Assembly: GCA_050084985.1 (NCBI GenBank)
Contig: JBITNC010000001.1
Location: 138,694,001 to 138,758,000 of the forward strand
Source of the DNA: Nageia nagi
Lineage: Eukaryota > Plantae > Pinophyta
Reading direction: 5' to 3'
Length of the DNA stretch: 64,000 nucleotides
A program made the position numbers and the translations under genes. This document shows, one piece after another, positions 39,161 to 54,541 of this stretch. The first letter of the stretch is position 1. Every line of letters begins with the position of its first letter. The notes below the pieces were generated by a model. That model was not told the origin of the DNA. It was given only the letters and a program-made list of their open reading frames with translations, and did not search any database.

Positions 39161-40459
39161 GTGAACATGAATATGCTCTCAAGATGGAATGGTTATGTGA
39201 CTAAATTGCTTTGTATAATACATTATGGTATATTTGGTATACAATGGATCATTTTCTAAAGCACGATGGTGTGAATCCTCTTAATATGTGACCACTCAAT
39301 AATTCTACAACTAAGGCACCAAACCTCCAACCCATAGATAACTATGGGTTTAACAAGGGTATCAAAGAGAAATTTATTTGAAGGATATCATGAAAATTAA
39401 TCTAGAAATATTAAAACTATATAATAGAAAGTGAAGCATATACCTTACAAAGATGCAGTTGTGAGGTTGATTTGAAGCTAAAATATGGTCCCAAAAACTA
39501 AACACTTAGGTAGGTGAAAGTAGTGCAGAACTGAACTATCTAACCTTTATAGCAAAAATGGTATCTAGAGAGAGTGGCTCTAGAGGTATTAAAGATCATG
39601 ATATTGGTTTTACTTAGGTTCACTATGAGATATTTTTGGTCATAGAAACTAGAAATTACATCCAATTATCTTTGAATACCCTTAAAAAAAATTGATAAGA
39701 GAATCACATCATTTATAAATAAATGTATAGTAATTCAGATCTGATGAAGCAAATAAATATTATTTATAAGAGTGTGTAGTTGAAGAAAGTCATCAAGGTC
39801 ATCAATATACATGTTAAAGAAAGTGAGTGAAAGGGGACATCATTGCTTAACTCTAATAGTTCTTGTAACCATTTCTAAAAAACAATTCATAATTTTGAAT
39901 TGATCAATAACTATCTTATAAAACCTCATGATAATAATAACAAATGTATAGGAGATATTAATAGTACATAAGTTATGAAAAAGTATCATGAGACATTGTC
40001 AAAGGCTATTCTAAAATTAACAAAGAAACAAAATACCTTAGAGGATCTCTAACATGCCTTCTCAATGATAGCTTGAAGGATTATGATATGATATATAATT
40101 TGGTAATCCTTCTTGAATCTTGTCTAGCCTCTTGCCATGAGGTCATTCTACTCCAAATGATCTTATAGCATCATCTCTAGAGTTATGGCATAAAGCATGG
40201 TAAATGTATACCCAATTATGTTGGTTTTGTAATTGTTAGTATCAAAACAATCTATTGATTTATGAATAGGATAAATAGCCAAAACAATCTATTGATTTAT
40301 GAATAGGATGAATGATGTGCTACAACCATGAGAGAGAAAATACTAAATACAAAACTTCAATAAATAAAATAGAAATAGAAGAGGAAAGTATGTCACCATC
40401 ATATTTTAGGAAGTTAGCTTGCAAGCCTTTATAATTTGCATCCTTACAAGTACAAAGCA

Positions 40460-43400
40460 TTTGTAAGGTTAGTATCACTCACCTAAAATAATGGGTTGAG
40501 GGTTCATTCACTTAAACCAATGTTTCCTAGGAGAAATCAATCATTAGATCTAAAGGTGGGTTTTATTCTGATTCTTGTACATTTCAAATGCTCTTTGAGT
40601 TACTCTAGAGTTAGTTTTGCTTGATGGTTAAGCACCTTTCTCACCATTTAAGATTAATTTGATTTCATAAATAATTGAAGCATAAATATCTATTATATAC
40701 TATGTTCAATCTATTTTTGAATTTAGCATTACTATCACAACTAACTATACATATTAGGTATCTTAATATGTGTCACTAGTGAGCTCAAGATATGATCTAG
40801 CATCTCAATCATAAACAAATTTGGATTCCTCACCCTATTAATATGTATATACGAGTTAAGATGGGAAATAATTCATTTCTCTCCAACATCAAGGTGGATT
40901 ATTATCAAAGATTGCTGGAATACAAATTTACACATGTCTACCCCACTAATCCATGAAACATATAGAGAAGCACTCATTAGGGGGGATTATCTAAGCAAAA
41001 CCAATCATCTTGTCCAATGGAACAGGGGTAGTTACATTCCTCTACATTACAAACAAATCATATGGGTAACAAGGTCTATGAGGATTTCCATGGTTCTAAT
41101 TATAGACTTGATTGAATTGATTTTCACTAAAAAATATTATTCAAAATAAAATATTTTAAATTTGAACATATGAAATGGTATGAAACATGCTTCATTCCAT
41201 CTATCCTACTAAGATGATCCATTCAAGATTTGAAAATAGGAGGGAAAAATGAGTTTGGGGTCCTCCAATGGTACTTTTTTTATGGAAATCAAACTCTATC
41301 ATAATTATTTTGATCAAACAAATGGATTATAGATCTATAAAAAGTATCATTAGGCCTTAACACCATAAAAACTATACCTATTATTATAGAGCTTTATAGC
41401 TTTAGCATCATTAGAGAGCTAAACCATGGTTATTTTATTATTTTTTAAATAAACATGAATTTATGATCTTTATAGTATGGAGAAAGGTAATATAAAACAT
41501 GATTAATGAATTAATGTGATAAATGATTTTATTTCTTAGCTAAGGATATTATTTCTTTGATATAATTATATATAATGGATGGTTGTAAAATTCTCAACAG
41601 AATGGTAAAATGATAGTAGTTTTCATGTAGAATATATGGTGATATGTCTTCATGAGCCAATATGAGCAACTTCAAGTATATAGATCAAAATCTTCATGTA
41701 TGAAGATGAGCATCTTCAAGTGTTAAGATGAGCATCTTCATGCTTCAAGATAAGCATCTTGAGTATAAAATTATGAGGATATTATAAATATTGATTTCAA
41801 TCCAAAGGGGTTCACATGGCTACTTATTTCACATGGACTTAATAAGATCTTTCCAATGGTAGAGTTATGGAATCATTTAGAGATCATATTTGATATAAAA
41901 TACCATAAATAGTTTTACTATAGTCTTGAAGTTATAGTTTACTCATCTTATCTAGTAAATCATTGCTCATCTATAACAAGAAACTCATCTTATATAATAA
42001 GATAATCATCTTCTCCAATAACATGCTCATCTTCTCATCTTATAGGAAAGTCTTCTTCTCCTTCAAATCCACATTATTTTCATTGTAGCACTTGGGTCCA
42101 ATATACAATTCCCTTTGGAAAAACATAAATATTTAGAAAATATAGGAGACAAGGTGTGAAATTAATGGAGTTTATATTTTGGCTAATTTATATAAAAATA
42201 CTTTGAAGTTATAAAATTTTGGCTAGTCGACTGAGAAAAAAATAAACTCAAAAACATTAGGCTACATGGGCATGGTGCAATGAGAAAAAAATAGAAAATT
42301 AAAAAGTTAAAAATCCTACAAAATCATTAATTTGCAATAAATCAATATTGTGCATTGCCTTGAAAAAAGGTATATAATCCAATATAACACAATAATTAAT
42401 TTCATCCTTTAAATTGAAATTATAATATAATTTGAAGATATTAAAATGATTATAATACTTCATATGATGAGGATAAAAAATAGTAATTCCATATATCCCT
42501 TTCTTGTAGAAATGTTGAGAGTAAATCTAATGAATTTTAAGTTCTAATGCTCTTAGTGAATGATAATTATATACTATTTAACATTGATTGAGGTAATATA
42601 AGCATCTATTCTTCTTCCTTATCCAATCCATCAGAGCCATTACTTGAGTAATTCCTATGTTTCTTATATGTTTTGAATAACAAAGGTACCCTTAATATTA
42701 ATGTACATAAGTATAGTAAGAAGTGTTTAAAAAGTAAGAACTTTCTAAAAAAAATTTCCCAATTAGATCTTGTCATTTTTTATGCATACTATTGTTAAAA
42801 TAATATACCTATGATGTGGGATCCAAGATAGAACATTAATTCTCTTAGGTGCAGAGTAGTATCATTGGAGCATACAAATACATAATGACATTTATCAATA
42901 TCTTTTGGTAAAACCTTTTAGAATTGTTATAGAGTATTATATATTAGATAAACAATGCAAAAAACATAATATATCATAACAAATACATGAATAAATAAAG
43001 GAATAGTCTACCTCATTACAAGTTATCCTTACTGATAGATATTGAACATATTTTTCAATAGGTAATGTTTAGTTGATAGTGGTATTTCTTTGAATTAGTC
43101 TTGCACTTGATGTATGACATTATGAATGATTAAATCTTACTTTATGATCAAATAAAGGAGGCAACTTTAGAAAAAGCATAAAACCTATCGAGATCACAAA
43201 TAGATTATAACTTAGTTGATTGTGGCATTCTTTCATGAAATTGCTTGAAAGAAAAGGGGTGTATGTATGAGATATGGTACATTTAGCATAAGATGCATTA
43301 TAGTCATAAGAAGAGTTATCCTAATCCTCAATTACTTGAAAACCTTTCTTAGTACTTATGACTAACAATTCTTGGATCATTGGGATGATCGTGAAAAAAG

Positions 43401-46400
43401 ATGATGGCATACACTAATCAAATAAAGATGAATCGAAGAACTACTATGACATAATGCTACATGGATGAACATTCCACATGTTGAGGAAGTTAATTTATTG
43501 TATGAATCGTTATGGAATATATGGTATACATCATATACTTATTTTATTAATACCTTCATGATGTATGATAGGGAAAGAGAGAAGTCTATTGTTATATAGA
43601 TCAATGAAAATGCATTTAATTACAAAAATAACCCATTTTTCTACATGACAAGTATTTATGATGAAAACCTAATTATGATTTAATTTTTATGTTTTTAAAG
43701 GGATGTACATAATTTATGAGATTATTTGAAATAAATGATGTTTTGAAATTGATGCAAAAATCATAATTTTCATAATATTATTATTTATTTAAAAATAATA
43801 ATAAGGTTACTCTGATAAGAGAATCACTCTAGAGAAATGCTAAACTTAAAAAATAGACTAGTAAATCAAAATACGAATTAAAGGAATAATATAAAAATTA
43901 GGGTTTGAAGATGTACTAAAAATATGGATATCTTAGTGATCATGATGATTACACTCTAGCATGAAACTAGTTATGGAACATTCAAATATCGAACTTATTT
44001 TTCAATAGGTAATGTTTATTTGATAAAGGTATTTCTTTAAATTGGTCTTGCACTGGATGTATGACATTATGAATGATGAAATCTTACTTTATGGTCAAGG
44101 AAAGGAGGTAACTTTAGAGAAAGCATAAAACCTATTGAGACCACAAACAAATTATAGCTTAGTTGATTATGATATTCTTGCATCAAATTGATTGAAAAGA
44201 AAGGGATGTATGGATGAGACATGGTGCATTTGGGTAGGATGCATTATGGTCATAAGAAGATTTATCTTGATCCTCAATTGCTTGAAATCCTTTTTTAGTA
44301 TCAATGATCAACAATTATTGGATACTTGTAATGATCATGAGAAAATATGATCGTATACACTAATGAAGGTAAATCAAAGACCCTCTATGATATAGTGCTA
44401 CATGGATGAAAATTCCATATGTTAATAGATAGCCCATTTGGCATGTACACTTATTCCTTTATTTTATATCATTATAGGCACTATACCCCACTCTATATAG
44501 TATTAGGGTCAAGACTCTCAATGAAATGCCTCTATTCAAATGCCTTCCTATGGAATTAGTTCATAGTTCTTTAAATGGGCAGGTTTTAGGATGAAATATT
44601 GAATTATAGCTTATTGAGAGTATGAAAGCTATCCCAAATTTTCCTAATTTCCAATATAATTTTAGTATGTATGAATATCTATATCATCAGAATGTAAATT
44701 AGCTCCTAAAGCTCCACTTGAGCACATCTCTCAGCCATATATGTCCAATGAGATATAATAGACTCTCTTCATAAAAATTAGGTAAATGACATTTATTTTT
44801 CTCCTCACTTTCTCTTATGACTAACATAGGAATTGAAAGGAGTAAATGGAGGGGAGAACCTTACAAAATATAATGCCATATTTTTTTGAACTATCACTCA
44901 TATTGGGTAGCACCTTTATTTCCCATATCTTTGGCATGTCCTAGGAAAGTTGGATGCACTTAAAAATGTTTATAATGTGCTTCATCATGCATTTAGAAGA
45001 AGGTTGGTATCATTGGCCCAAAATAATGAGTTGAGGGTTCATTTGCTTAACCAACATTTCCTAGGATCAATCAATCATGGAGAGCAATGGGGCTGGATTA
45101 GATCTTAAGGTGGTTTTCATACCAATGCTTGCACCATTCTAAGGCTCTTCGAGCTGCTTTAGGGTTACTTTTACTTGATGGCTAAGTGCATTTATCATTA
45201 TTAAAGATTCATTCAATCTAATAAAAAATTAAAGAATATTATTTATTATATACTATGTGTGATCTATTTCTCAATTCAACATTACTACAATAATTAACTA
45301 TCCATATTAGGTTTGTTAATAGGTATCAGTAGTGAGCTTTGGATATGATATGGCATCTTAATCATAGTAAAATTTAGAATATTGGTCCTATTAATATGTA
45401 TATAAGAGTTAGGATAGGAAAATAATTCATTTCTCTCCAATATTAGGTTTGATTATTATCAGAGATCACTAGAACTATGCTTTACATGAGTTCATCCCAC
45501 CGATTCATGGAACTCATAGAGAAGCACTCCTTAGGATGGTCATTGTATATGAAAAACCAATCACCTTCTCTAATGGTCACATAGATAGCTACATTCCTCT
45601 ACATTACATATGAAATGGTATGGGCAACAAAAGCTATGAGGATTTCCATGAGTTTCATTACGAACCTGAATGGATTGATTCTTGCTAAATAATATTGTTC
45701 AAAACATAAGATTTTGAATTTGACCATGTGAAATGGTATGACATGTACTTGATACCCTCTAAATTGCTAAGGCAATCCATCCAAGATTTAAAAATAAGAG
45801 GGAAAAAGGAGTTCAACATTCTCCAATGGTACTTCATTATGGAAATCAGACTCTGTCATAATTATTTTGAGTAAATGAATGGATTATGGATCTATAAAAA
45901 GTATCATTAAACCTTATTACTATAAATATAAACCTATTATGATATTATAGCTTTAGCCTTATTAGAGAACTAAACCATGGTTGTTTTATTATTTTGCAAA
46001 CAAACATGAATTTATAACCTTTATAGTGTGGAGAAAGGTAATGTAAAGTATAAATTAATGTGATAAATATTTTTTTTCCAACTTAAGATATTATTTTTTT
46101 GATATAATAATTTATAATAGATTGTTGTAAAATTATTGACAAAATGGTGAAATGATACTTATTTTTAAGTTAGTAAAATATTAATAAATGTTTACAAGGC
46201 ATCTATAAAAGAAATAATTATGAGAATTTTATCAAACTTATTTTTCAATAGTTAATATTTAGGTGATAATTGTATTTCATTGAATTGGTAGCTTTAGAGA
46301 AAGCATAAAACCTCTGGAGATCACAAATATAGTATAACATAGTTTATTATGGTATTCTTTCATGAAATTGATTAAAATAAAAGGTATGCATGGATGAGAC

Positions 46401-47798
46401 ATGGTGCATTTAGGGTAGTATGCATTATGATGCTAAGAAGAGTGTATTCATCCTCAATTGTTTCAAAACCTTTCTTAGTAATCATGACCAACAATACTTG
46501 GATCCATGGGATGATTGTTAAAAAAGAGAATGGTATACACTAATTAGATGAAGATGAATTGAAGACCCTCTATGATAAAATGCTATGCATATGAACATTC
46601 CACGTGTTGATGAAATTAATATATTGTATGAGTCTTTATGGAATACATGGTGTATAACATAAAATTATTTTATTTTTACCTTCATGATGTATGAAAAGGA
46701 AAAAGATAAGGCTATTGTTATATATATCAATGAAAATAAATGTAATAACTTTGATAACCCATTTTTCTACATGAAAAGTATTTATGATAAAAACCTAAGA
46801 CTGATTTAATGCTTATGTATCTAAAGGGATCTACATAATTTATGATAATATTTGAAATAAATTATATTTTAAAAATTATGTAAAAATCATAATGTGCATA
46901 GAATTATTATTTATTTGAAAATTATAATAGGGTTAGCTTGATAAGAAAATTGCTCTAGAGAAATGGTAAGCTTACAAACAAATTAGTAAATCAAAATAAG
47001 AATTAAAGGGATAATAAAAGAATTAGGATTTGAATATGTACTAAGAACATGGATATCTTAATGATCATGATGATTCCAATCTAGAATGAAACTAGTTAGG
47101 AAACATTCAAATGTGATGATAAATAGCAATCAAGGGACTAAGATCATATAACAAACATAGGTTCAAGATTGGGTAAGTAAAAGATTTAATGAGATACCAA
47201 ACCTAGCTCGATGATTATAGGTTGAATAATTACTTTAAAAATCTAAGTGGTGTACTTAATGTGAAAGGAAAACACTACTTAAGTAAAAACTAGAGCATGA
47301 TCATCATGGGAAATTGCACTTAAGTGAGATGGGCTTGCATGGTGAATGTACCTTATTACTTAACTAGGGATGATGATATCTAGATATACTATGAAGAACT
47401 AAAATATATTGTCAAAGTGAGATATGTGTTGCATTATTATTGACCCTCACATAATAATTAATTATAGCTATGAAAATTTAGGGTTTAGTATAGTGGGCTG
47501 GCGTAATAGCATCAAATATATCAATTGTGTTTAAAACTATACATGTTATATCTAATTATATTTATCCTAAATACTCTTTGTTTAATGGTCTTTACCATTG
47601 AAAATATCGTTAGCATTCATTAAAAATATAATATATCACTTAAACAAAATCCAAGTATATACATACATACCTTGTTTTGGCTTCAAAAAAGCATATATTA
47701 AACAACATGCTTAAGCTCATTTAATGCCTTAAAATTATAAATTTAAAAATATCACCAACATAATCACCTAGTGCAAGGAACACACACACACACATATG

Positions 47799-47854
<56 letters not shown>

Positions 47855-50070
47855 CTTAAATTTGAAGATTATAATTTTAATTTTAATATTACTATTAAAA
47901 TGAAAAGAAAATAAAATATATCAATTCAGTATTTGAATGATTATTCACCTTATGTTTATTTATTTCACCCTTCTATTTAAAAAAATATAACATGATTCAA
48001 AATTAATCTCCTAATTTTTTAATAGGTTTCAAGATTGATCACCCTCCTATTAAAAGTTACATTTTAGATGGGGTTCCTAAATTTTTCCTTGGTTGTAGAC
48101 ACTATACCCCGCTCTACATAGTAGTAGGATCAAGACTCTTGATGAAATACCTTCCTCTAGAATTAGTTCATAGGTCATAAAATGGCCAGGTTTGAGTATG
48201 AAATACTGAATTATAGCTTGTCTAGAGTATGAAAGCTATCCTAACTTTTCCTTGTCTCCTATTTAGTTTCATCACATATGAAGCATTACATTGTTAGAAT
48301 GTAGATCAGCTTCTAAAGCTTCACATGAGCACATCACTTGGCAATATATGTTCGATGGATATAACAAACTCACTTCTTAAATCTTAGGTAAATGAAATCT
48401 AGTTTTTTCCACACTCTCCTTGATGAATAACGTAGGCACTAAAAGGAATAAATGGTGGGAAAAACTATACAAAATAAAATTCCATATTTTCACAACCTAT
48501 CACTCACATTAGGTAGCACCTTTCTTTCCCCTATATTTGATAAGTGTTTGAAAAGTTGGATGTACTTAAAAATTTACCTTATGTGCTTCATTATGCATCC
48601 AAATAAGGTTGGTATCACTAGGGTAAAATAATGAGTTGAGGTTTCCTAGGAGCAATCATTCATGGAGAGCAATAGGGTTAGATTGGATTTGAAGGCAAGT
48701 TTTATCTTGATATTTGTATCATTTGAAGGATATTAGGGTTGCTCTAGGTTGGTTTTGCGCAATGGCTAAGCACCTTGCTCACTATCAAAGGTTCATTTGA
48801 TCTCATAAATAATTAAATTGTATATATCTCTTATATATTATGTTTAATCTATTTAGTAATTCAACATTACTATTGCAAATATCTATCCATATTAGGTACC
48901 TTAATATGTATCATTAGTGACCTTTGGATATGATCTAGCATCTCAATTAGAAAAATTTGGATTATGGGTCCTATTAAGATGTATATAAGAGTTTGGATGG
49001 GGAAACAATTCATTTTTCTCCAACATTAGGATGGATTATTATCAGAGATCACTGGATTGATGTTTTACATGAGTCTACCCCATTGATCCATGAAATACAT
49101 AGAGAAGCACTCCTTTGAAGGGGGGATTTTCCAAGAAAAACCAATCACCTTTTCCAATGATCATAGGGGTAGGTACATTCCTTTACATTTCATACAAATG
49201 ATATGGTAAGTAAGAGCTACAAGGATTTCCATGGGTATCATTATGGATCTAATATGATTGATTCTCACTAAATAATATTGTTTAAAATATAAGATTTTGA
49301 ATTCGACCATATGAAATGGTATGATACATGCTTGAATACCTCTACCATACTAAGGTGATCCATATGAGATATGAAAATAGGAGGGAAAAATTAGTTCAAT
49401 TTATTCTAATGGTACCTCATTATGGAAACCATACGTTGTCACAATTATTTTGAGCAAACTAATAGATTATGGATCTAAAGAAAGTCTCATTGGGCCTTAT
49501 TACATTAAAAAGTACACCTATTATGATAGAGATTTATAGATTTAGCATCATTAGAGAACTAAACCATGGTTATTTTATTATTTTGTAAACAAACATGAAT
49601 TTATGACCTTTATAGTATGGAGAAAGGTAATATAAGACATGAGTTAATGAATTAATATGATAAATAATTTTCTTTCGCAATTAAAGATATTATTCTTTTG
49701 ATGTAATTATTTATAATGGATGGTTATAAAATTGTTTGCAAAATGGTAAAATCATAGTTGTTTTTAAGTTTGTAAAATATTAATAAATATTTACAAGGTG
49801 TCTATAAAAGAAATAATTTTGAGAATTTTATTGAACTTATTTTTTAATAGTTAATGGTTAGTAGATAGTCACATTTCTTTGAATTGGTCTTGCACTTGAT
49901 GTATGATATTGTGAATGATAAAATCTTACTTTATCATCAAGTAAAGGAGGTAGCTTTAGAGAAAGTGGAAAACCTCTTGAGATAACAAATAGAGTATAAC
50001 TTAGTTGATTGTGGTATTCTTGCATGAAATTGATTGAAAGAAAAGGAATGTATTGATGAGACATGGTGTA
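40460..50070 (+). repeat. Fragmented copies of a long Gypsy LTR-like repeat (~40460-41620, 43040-43985, 43990-44425, 44455-47508, 48092-50070)
   Basis: Each block is collinear with part of 54542-59005. The 47508 end abuts the same host flank as the 59005 end. Confidence 0.75.
47780..47853. repeat. Compound (CA)n/(TA)n microsatellite
   Basis: (CA)7 followed by ~25 TA units. Confidence 0.97.
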
Positions 50071-50109
50071 TTAAATGGTAAAATTGATTGAAAGAAAAGG
50101 AATGTATGG

Positions 50110-53100
50110 ATCACATTAATGCATCTAAAATAATTCATGAAGGATTATGATAGTGAACATCAAAAATAAAGGGTTGTTAATTTTTGGTAGTTGATAAACC
50201 TAACCCACTTGACGATCAACCAACTAGTGAATTAGACTCAAGTTGGATTGTCTTAATGCCCCTTGATAATGTTGAATCTAGTGTAAGAATTTAGTTTTCT
50301 ATATTATTATATTATCTATAGTTTAAGTAGTTTGATGAATCACAAAGAAAGAAATATAGAGGACTATATTTTTCCAAAGGGGGGAAGTATCTAATGACCC
50401 TATTACACTTGCAATTTTAAATGACCCACCTAATTTCATTATGACTCGATTAATATACAAAATTTAAATGTTATTGAGATTATTTATGACATGACTAGTA
50501 ATAAAAGATTGTATGTAAATTTTGTATTGATTTGATGCTAGCTTAAAGATTGTTGTGACATAAATTATGGGTTAACTCAGTGTGGGAGTTAGGTTGGAGA
50601 CCCTTGCAAACCAAAGATGACTTGGTTATAAAGATAGATTGGTAAGAGTGAGAAAATAATTAGCATCGATTTGATGATAGCTTAGAAGGACCTTCGTAAA
50701 TCATATAGCTACATATCATAATTATCATGCATAACATTAGATCCCTATGATGTATATGCACTAACAAAATTCACCTTGCAGGATGGACAATCCCCAAAGG
50801 TAAAACTTGAGTGCTGAAAATTTGATGTGCATTCCTAAATTTCTTAAAAAAATTAATTGACTATTTTTGAATGTTGCAAGGAATATCCTAGATATTTAAA
50901 TTTCAAATTTTTACCAAAGAAGTTTAGTTTTTACAAGAAATAAATATTGGGGATAGGTGATAATAAATTTATTTAGGGAGGGCTATTTTGGTATTTTATA
51001 AAAATATTGGATGGAATATCTCCATACATTTTGGTATTTTATGTTAGGTATGTAAATAATTGATAAACCTTTTCCATACATTTAGGATCTTAGTATGCAG
51101 TGTCCTAAAATATTTTGTAGGAATTGGGACTCACAAATAAATTTGTAAAATCCCAACATAAAACAATAAGTTTCCTGACCCCTCACAAACAAAAATATGA
51201 AGTGGATAAATAGTTAAATTTTTGGATGGACTATACCAACCTTTAGCTATAAATACATAAGAGAAACCTTAGAAAAATATAACATTTATACACTCATTCT
51301 CTCTTCCCAATCTTAGTCCTGAGATCCATGGATAGGAGCCATCCCTTCTTAATTACTCATTTTTTTGAAGTCCAGGTACTTTTCTTACATTTTAGTCACT
51401 AGTGCTAAAATGTTTAATTTAATCAATAAATTCTATTTGTGAATTTTGAAGCCTATTTAAAAGGTGGAATTATTTATTTAAAAGATCGTAATGCAAATAA
51501 AAAGGGTGTTTTATTATTAATATTTTTATGTCATTTTGAGATATGTAAGAATCATAGCACTTTTATTTGACACAATTACATGTGATCTTATTCTATAGAT
51601 TATCTATACAGAATTGGTGCATGCAATGTACAATTTGTTTAGATATGCATGGAAGATATCCAAAAGTAAAAGAGTTATTATATAGTCTAAGTTGAAAAAT
51701 TGACTTATAGAATTTGTAATTTATTTTTGAATGACTATATTAATTATTTAAAAGGTTTAATAATATGGACTACTTTATTTGATTACAAGGTCATGTGAAT
51801 GGCATAGTGATTTTTGGTCATATTTGTGAAGCTAGAATTAAAGAGTACTAGTAGGATAGAACTATATTAATAAATAAAATATCACGGGTGCAAGATTTAT
51901 GAGATATCACCACAAATAAACAAACTATACTTGTGCCTTGGGTATTGGTTCCTGATCCATTTGAATGAATGCGCAAGACCTTATTTCAAGTTTTGGGTGT
52001 ACTAGTAGGGGTGGTTTCACGATGTGGGCATTTTTGAGCCATTCCATATCCTATTGTAGACACTATACCCCACTCTACACGGTAGCAGGATCAAGACTCT
52101 CAATGAAATGCCTCTGTTGGAATGCCTTCCTCTGGAATTAGTTCGCAGCTCTTAAAATGGGATGGTTTGAGTATGAAATCTTGAAATATAGCTTTTCTAA
52201 TGTATGAATGTTATCCCACATTTTCCTTATCTCCTATCTTGTTTCATAATGTATGAAGCTTCATATCGTTAGAATGTGAATCATCTCTTGAATCTTCATT
52301 TGAGCACATCTCTTGATTATATATGTTCGATGGATATAATAGACTCACTTCTCAAATCTTAAGTAAACGATATTTTATTTTCTCCTCAGTCTCCCTAATG
52401 ACTAACGTAGGCACTGAAAGAAATAAATGAAGGGGCGAACCATACAAGATAGAATTCCGTATTTTCACTACCTATCACTCACATTGGGTAGTACCTTTCG
52501 TTCCCCTATCTTCGACAAGTGTTACGAAAGTTGGATACACTTAAAAATTTATCTAATGTGCCTCATCATGCACCCAAAAGAAGGTTGATATCACTGTGCC
52601 AAAATAACAAGTTGAGGGTTCATTCATTTAACCAACGTTTCCTCAAAGAAATCAATCATAGAGAGCAATGGGGTTGGATTGGATCTGAGTGCGTGCTTCA
52701 TCCCAATGCTTGTACCATTCCAAGGCTCTTCAAGATACTCAAGGGTAGCTTTTACTCAATGGATAAGCACCTTGCTGAATGTCAAAGAGACATTCGACCT
52801 TATAAACAATTAAATCATAAATATCTCTTATATACTATAGGATCCGTTTCTCAATTCAACATTACTACTGCAAATAACTATGCATATTAGGTACTTTAAT
52901 ATGTTTCGCTAGTGAGCTTTGAATACGATATAACATCTCAATCATAGCTAATTTTGGATTCCTATCCCTATTAATACGCATATAAGAGTTAGGATGGGGA
53001 AACAGTTTGTTTCTCTGTAACCTCAGGGTGGGTTATTATCAGAGATCATTGGAATGATGTTTTACACGATTCTGCCTATCGATCCATGAAATACACAGAG

Positions 53101-54230
53101 AAGCACTCCTTCGAAGGGAGCATTTTCCAAGAAAAACCAATCACCTTATCCAATGGTCATAGGGGTAGCTACATTCCTCTATATTGCATAAAAATGATAT
53201 GGGAAGCAAGCACTGGAATAAATTCCATGGGTAGCATTAAAGATATGATTAGATCGATTCTTACTTAATAATATTATTTAAAAACAAGATTTTGGTTTTG
53301 ACCATATCAAGTGGTATGATACATGCTTGAAGCCCTCTATCTTGCTAAGGCGATCCGTATGAGATATAAAAAAAAGGAAGGAAAAATGAATTCAATGTCC
53401 TCTAATGGTACTTTGTTGTGGAAATCATACTTTGCAATAATTATTTCTAGAAAATTAATGGATTATGGATCTATAAAAAGTCTCATTAAACCTTATTAAC
53501 ATAAAAAATACACCTATCTATTTAGCATCATTAGAGAACTAAACCATGGTTGTTTTATTATTTTGTAAACAAATATGAATTGATGACCCTTGTTGTGTGG
53601 ACAAGGGTAACATAAAACATGAATTAATGAATTAATATGATAAATGATTTTCTTTCCCAATTAAGGATATTATTTATTTGATATAATTTTTTATAATGAA
53701 TGATTGTAAAATTGTCAACAAAAAGGTAAAATGATAGGTTTATTTAAGTTAGTAAAATATTAATAAATGTTCACAAGGCATTTATAAAGGAAATAATTGT
53801 GAGAATTTTATTGAACTTATTTTTCAATTGGTAATAGTTAGTTAATAGTTATATCTCTTTGAATTAGTCTTGCACTTGATGCATGATATTGTAAAAGGTA
53901 AAATCTTACTCTATGATCAAGGAAAGGAGGTAGCTTTAGAGAAAGTGTAAAACCTCTCGAGATCACAAATAAAGTATAACTTAGATGATTGTGGTATTCC
54001 TGCATGAAATTGATTGAAAGAAAAGGAATGTATCGATGAGACATGGTGCATATAGGGTAGGATGCATTATGGTCATACAAAGAGCTATCTTGATCCTTAA
54101 TTACTCATAAATTTTTCTTAGTACTCACAACCAACAATTCTTGGATCCTTGGGATGATAGTGAAAAATGAGGATGGCATACACTAATCAGATGAAGATGA
54201 ATTAAAGACAGTGTATGATATAGTGCTACA
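50110..54230 (+). mobile_element. Tekay/Del-type Gypsy 3' end: decayed chromodomain-like tail, PPT, and 3' LTR starting at 50390 (truncated)
   Basis: gaggac...aaaggggggaagta|tctaatgaccc matches the Tekay pattern GAGGAC...AAGGGGGGAGAA|TGTAAT..CCC. Upstream sequence weakly resembles KV.W.NH. TATA box ctataaat at ~51247 followed by a CT-rich tract. Confidence 0.6.
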
Positions 54231-54541
54231 ACTATAATTCTACCATTTTGTTGATAATTTTATAACCATCCACTATAAATAATTATATCAAAGAAATAAT
54301 ATCCTTAACTAGGAAAGAAAAACTTTTATCACATTAATTCATTAATTTAGGTTTTATGTTGCTTTTCTCCATACTATAAAGGTCATAAATTCATGTTTAT
54401 TTACAAAATAATAAAACAACCATGGTTTAGTTCTCTAATGATGCTAAAGCTATATAGCTCTATCATAATAGTTGTAGTTTTTATGGTAATAAGGCCTAAT
54501 GAGACTTTTTATAGATCCATAATCCATTCATTTGCTTGAAA
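54231..54541 (-). repeat. Inverted copy of an LTR-internal segment (~53445-53740)
   Basis: Reverse complement of atggattatggatctataaaaagtctcatt...agagaactaaaccatggttgttttattattttgtaaa. Confidence 0.9.

Noticed and set aside
43068-43096. VDSGISLN aspartic-protease-like motif in the LTR cargo
   Set aside because: The DSG codons are not conserved across the six copies. The pattern fits CpG decay of a CGT codon.
44478-47495. CACTATAC...GTATAGTG as CACTA element TIRs
   Set aside because: Only 8 bp, no TSD, homology continues past both ends, and the PPT/LTR signals explain the repeat better.
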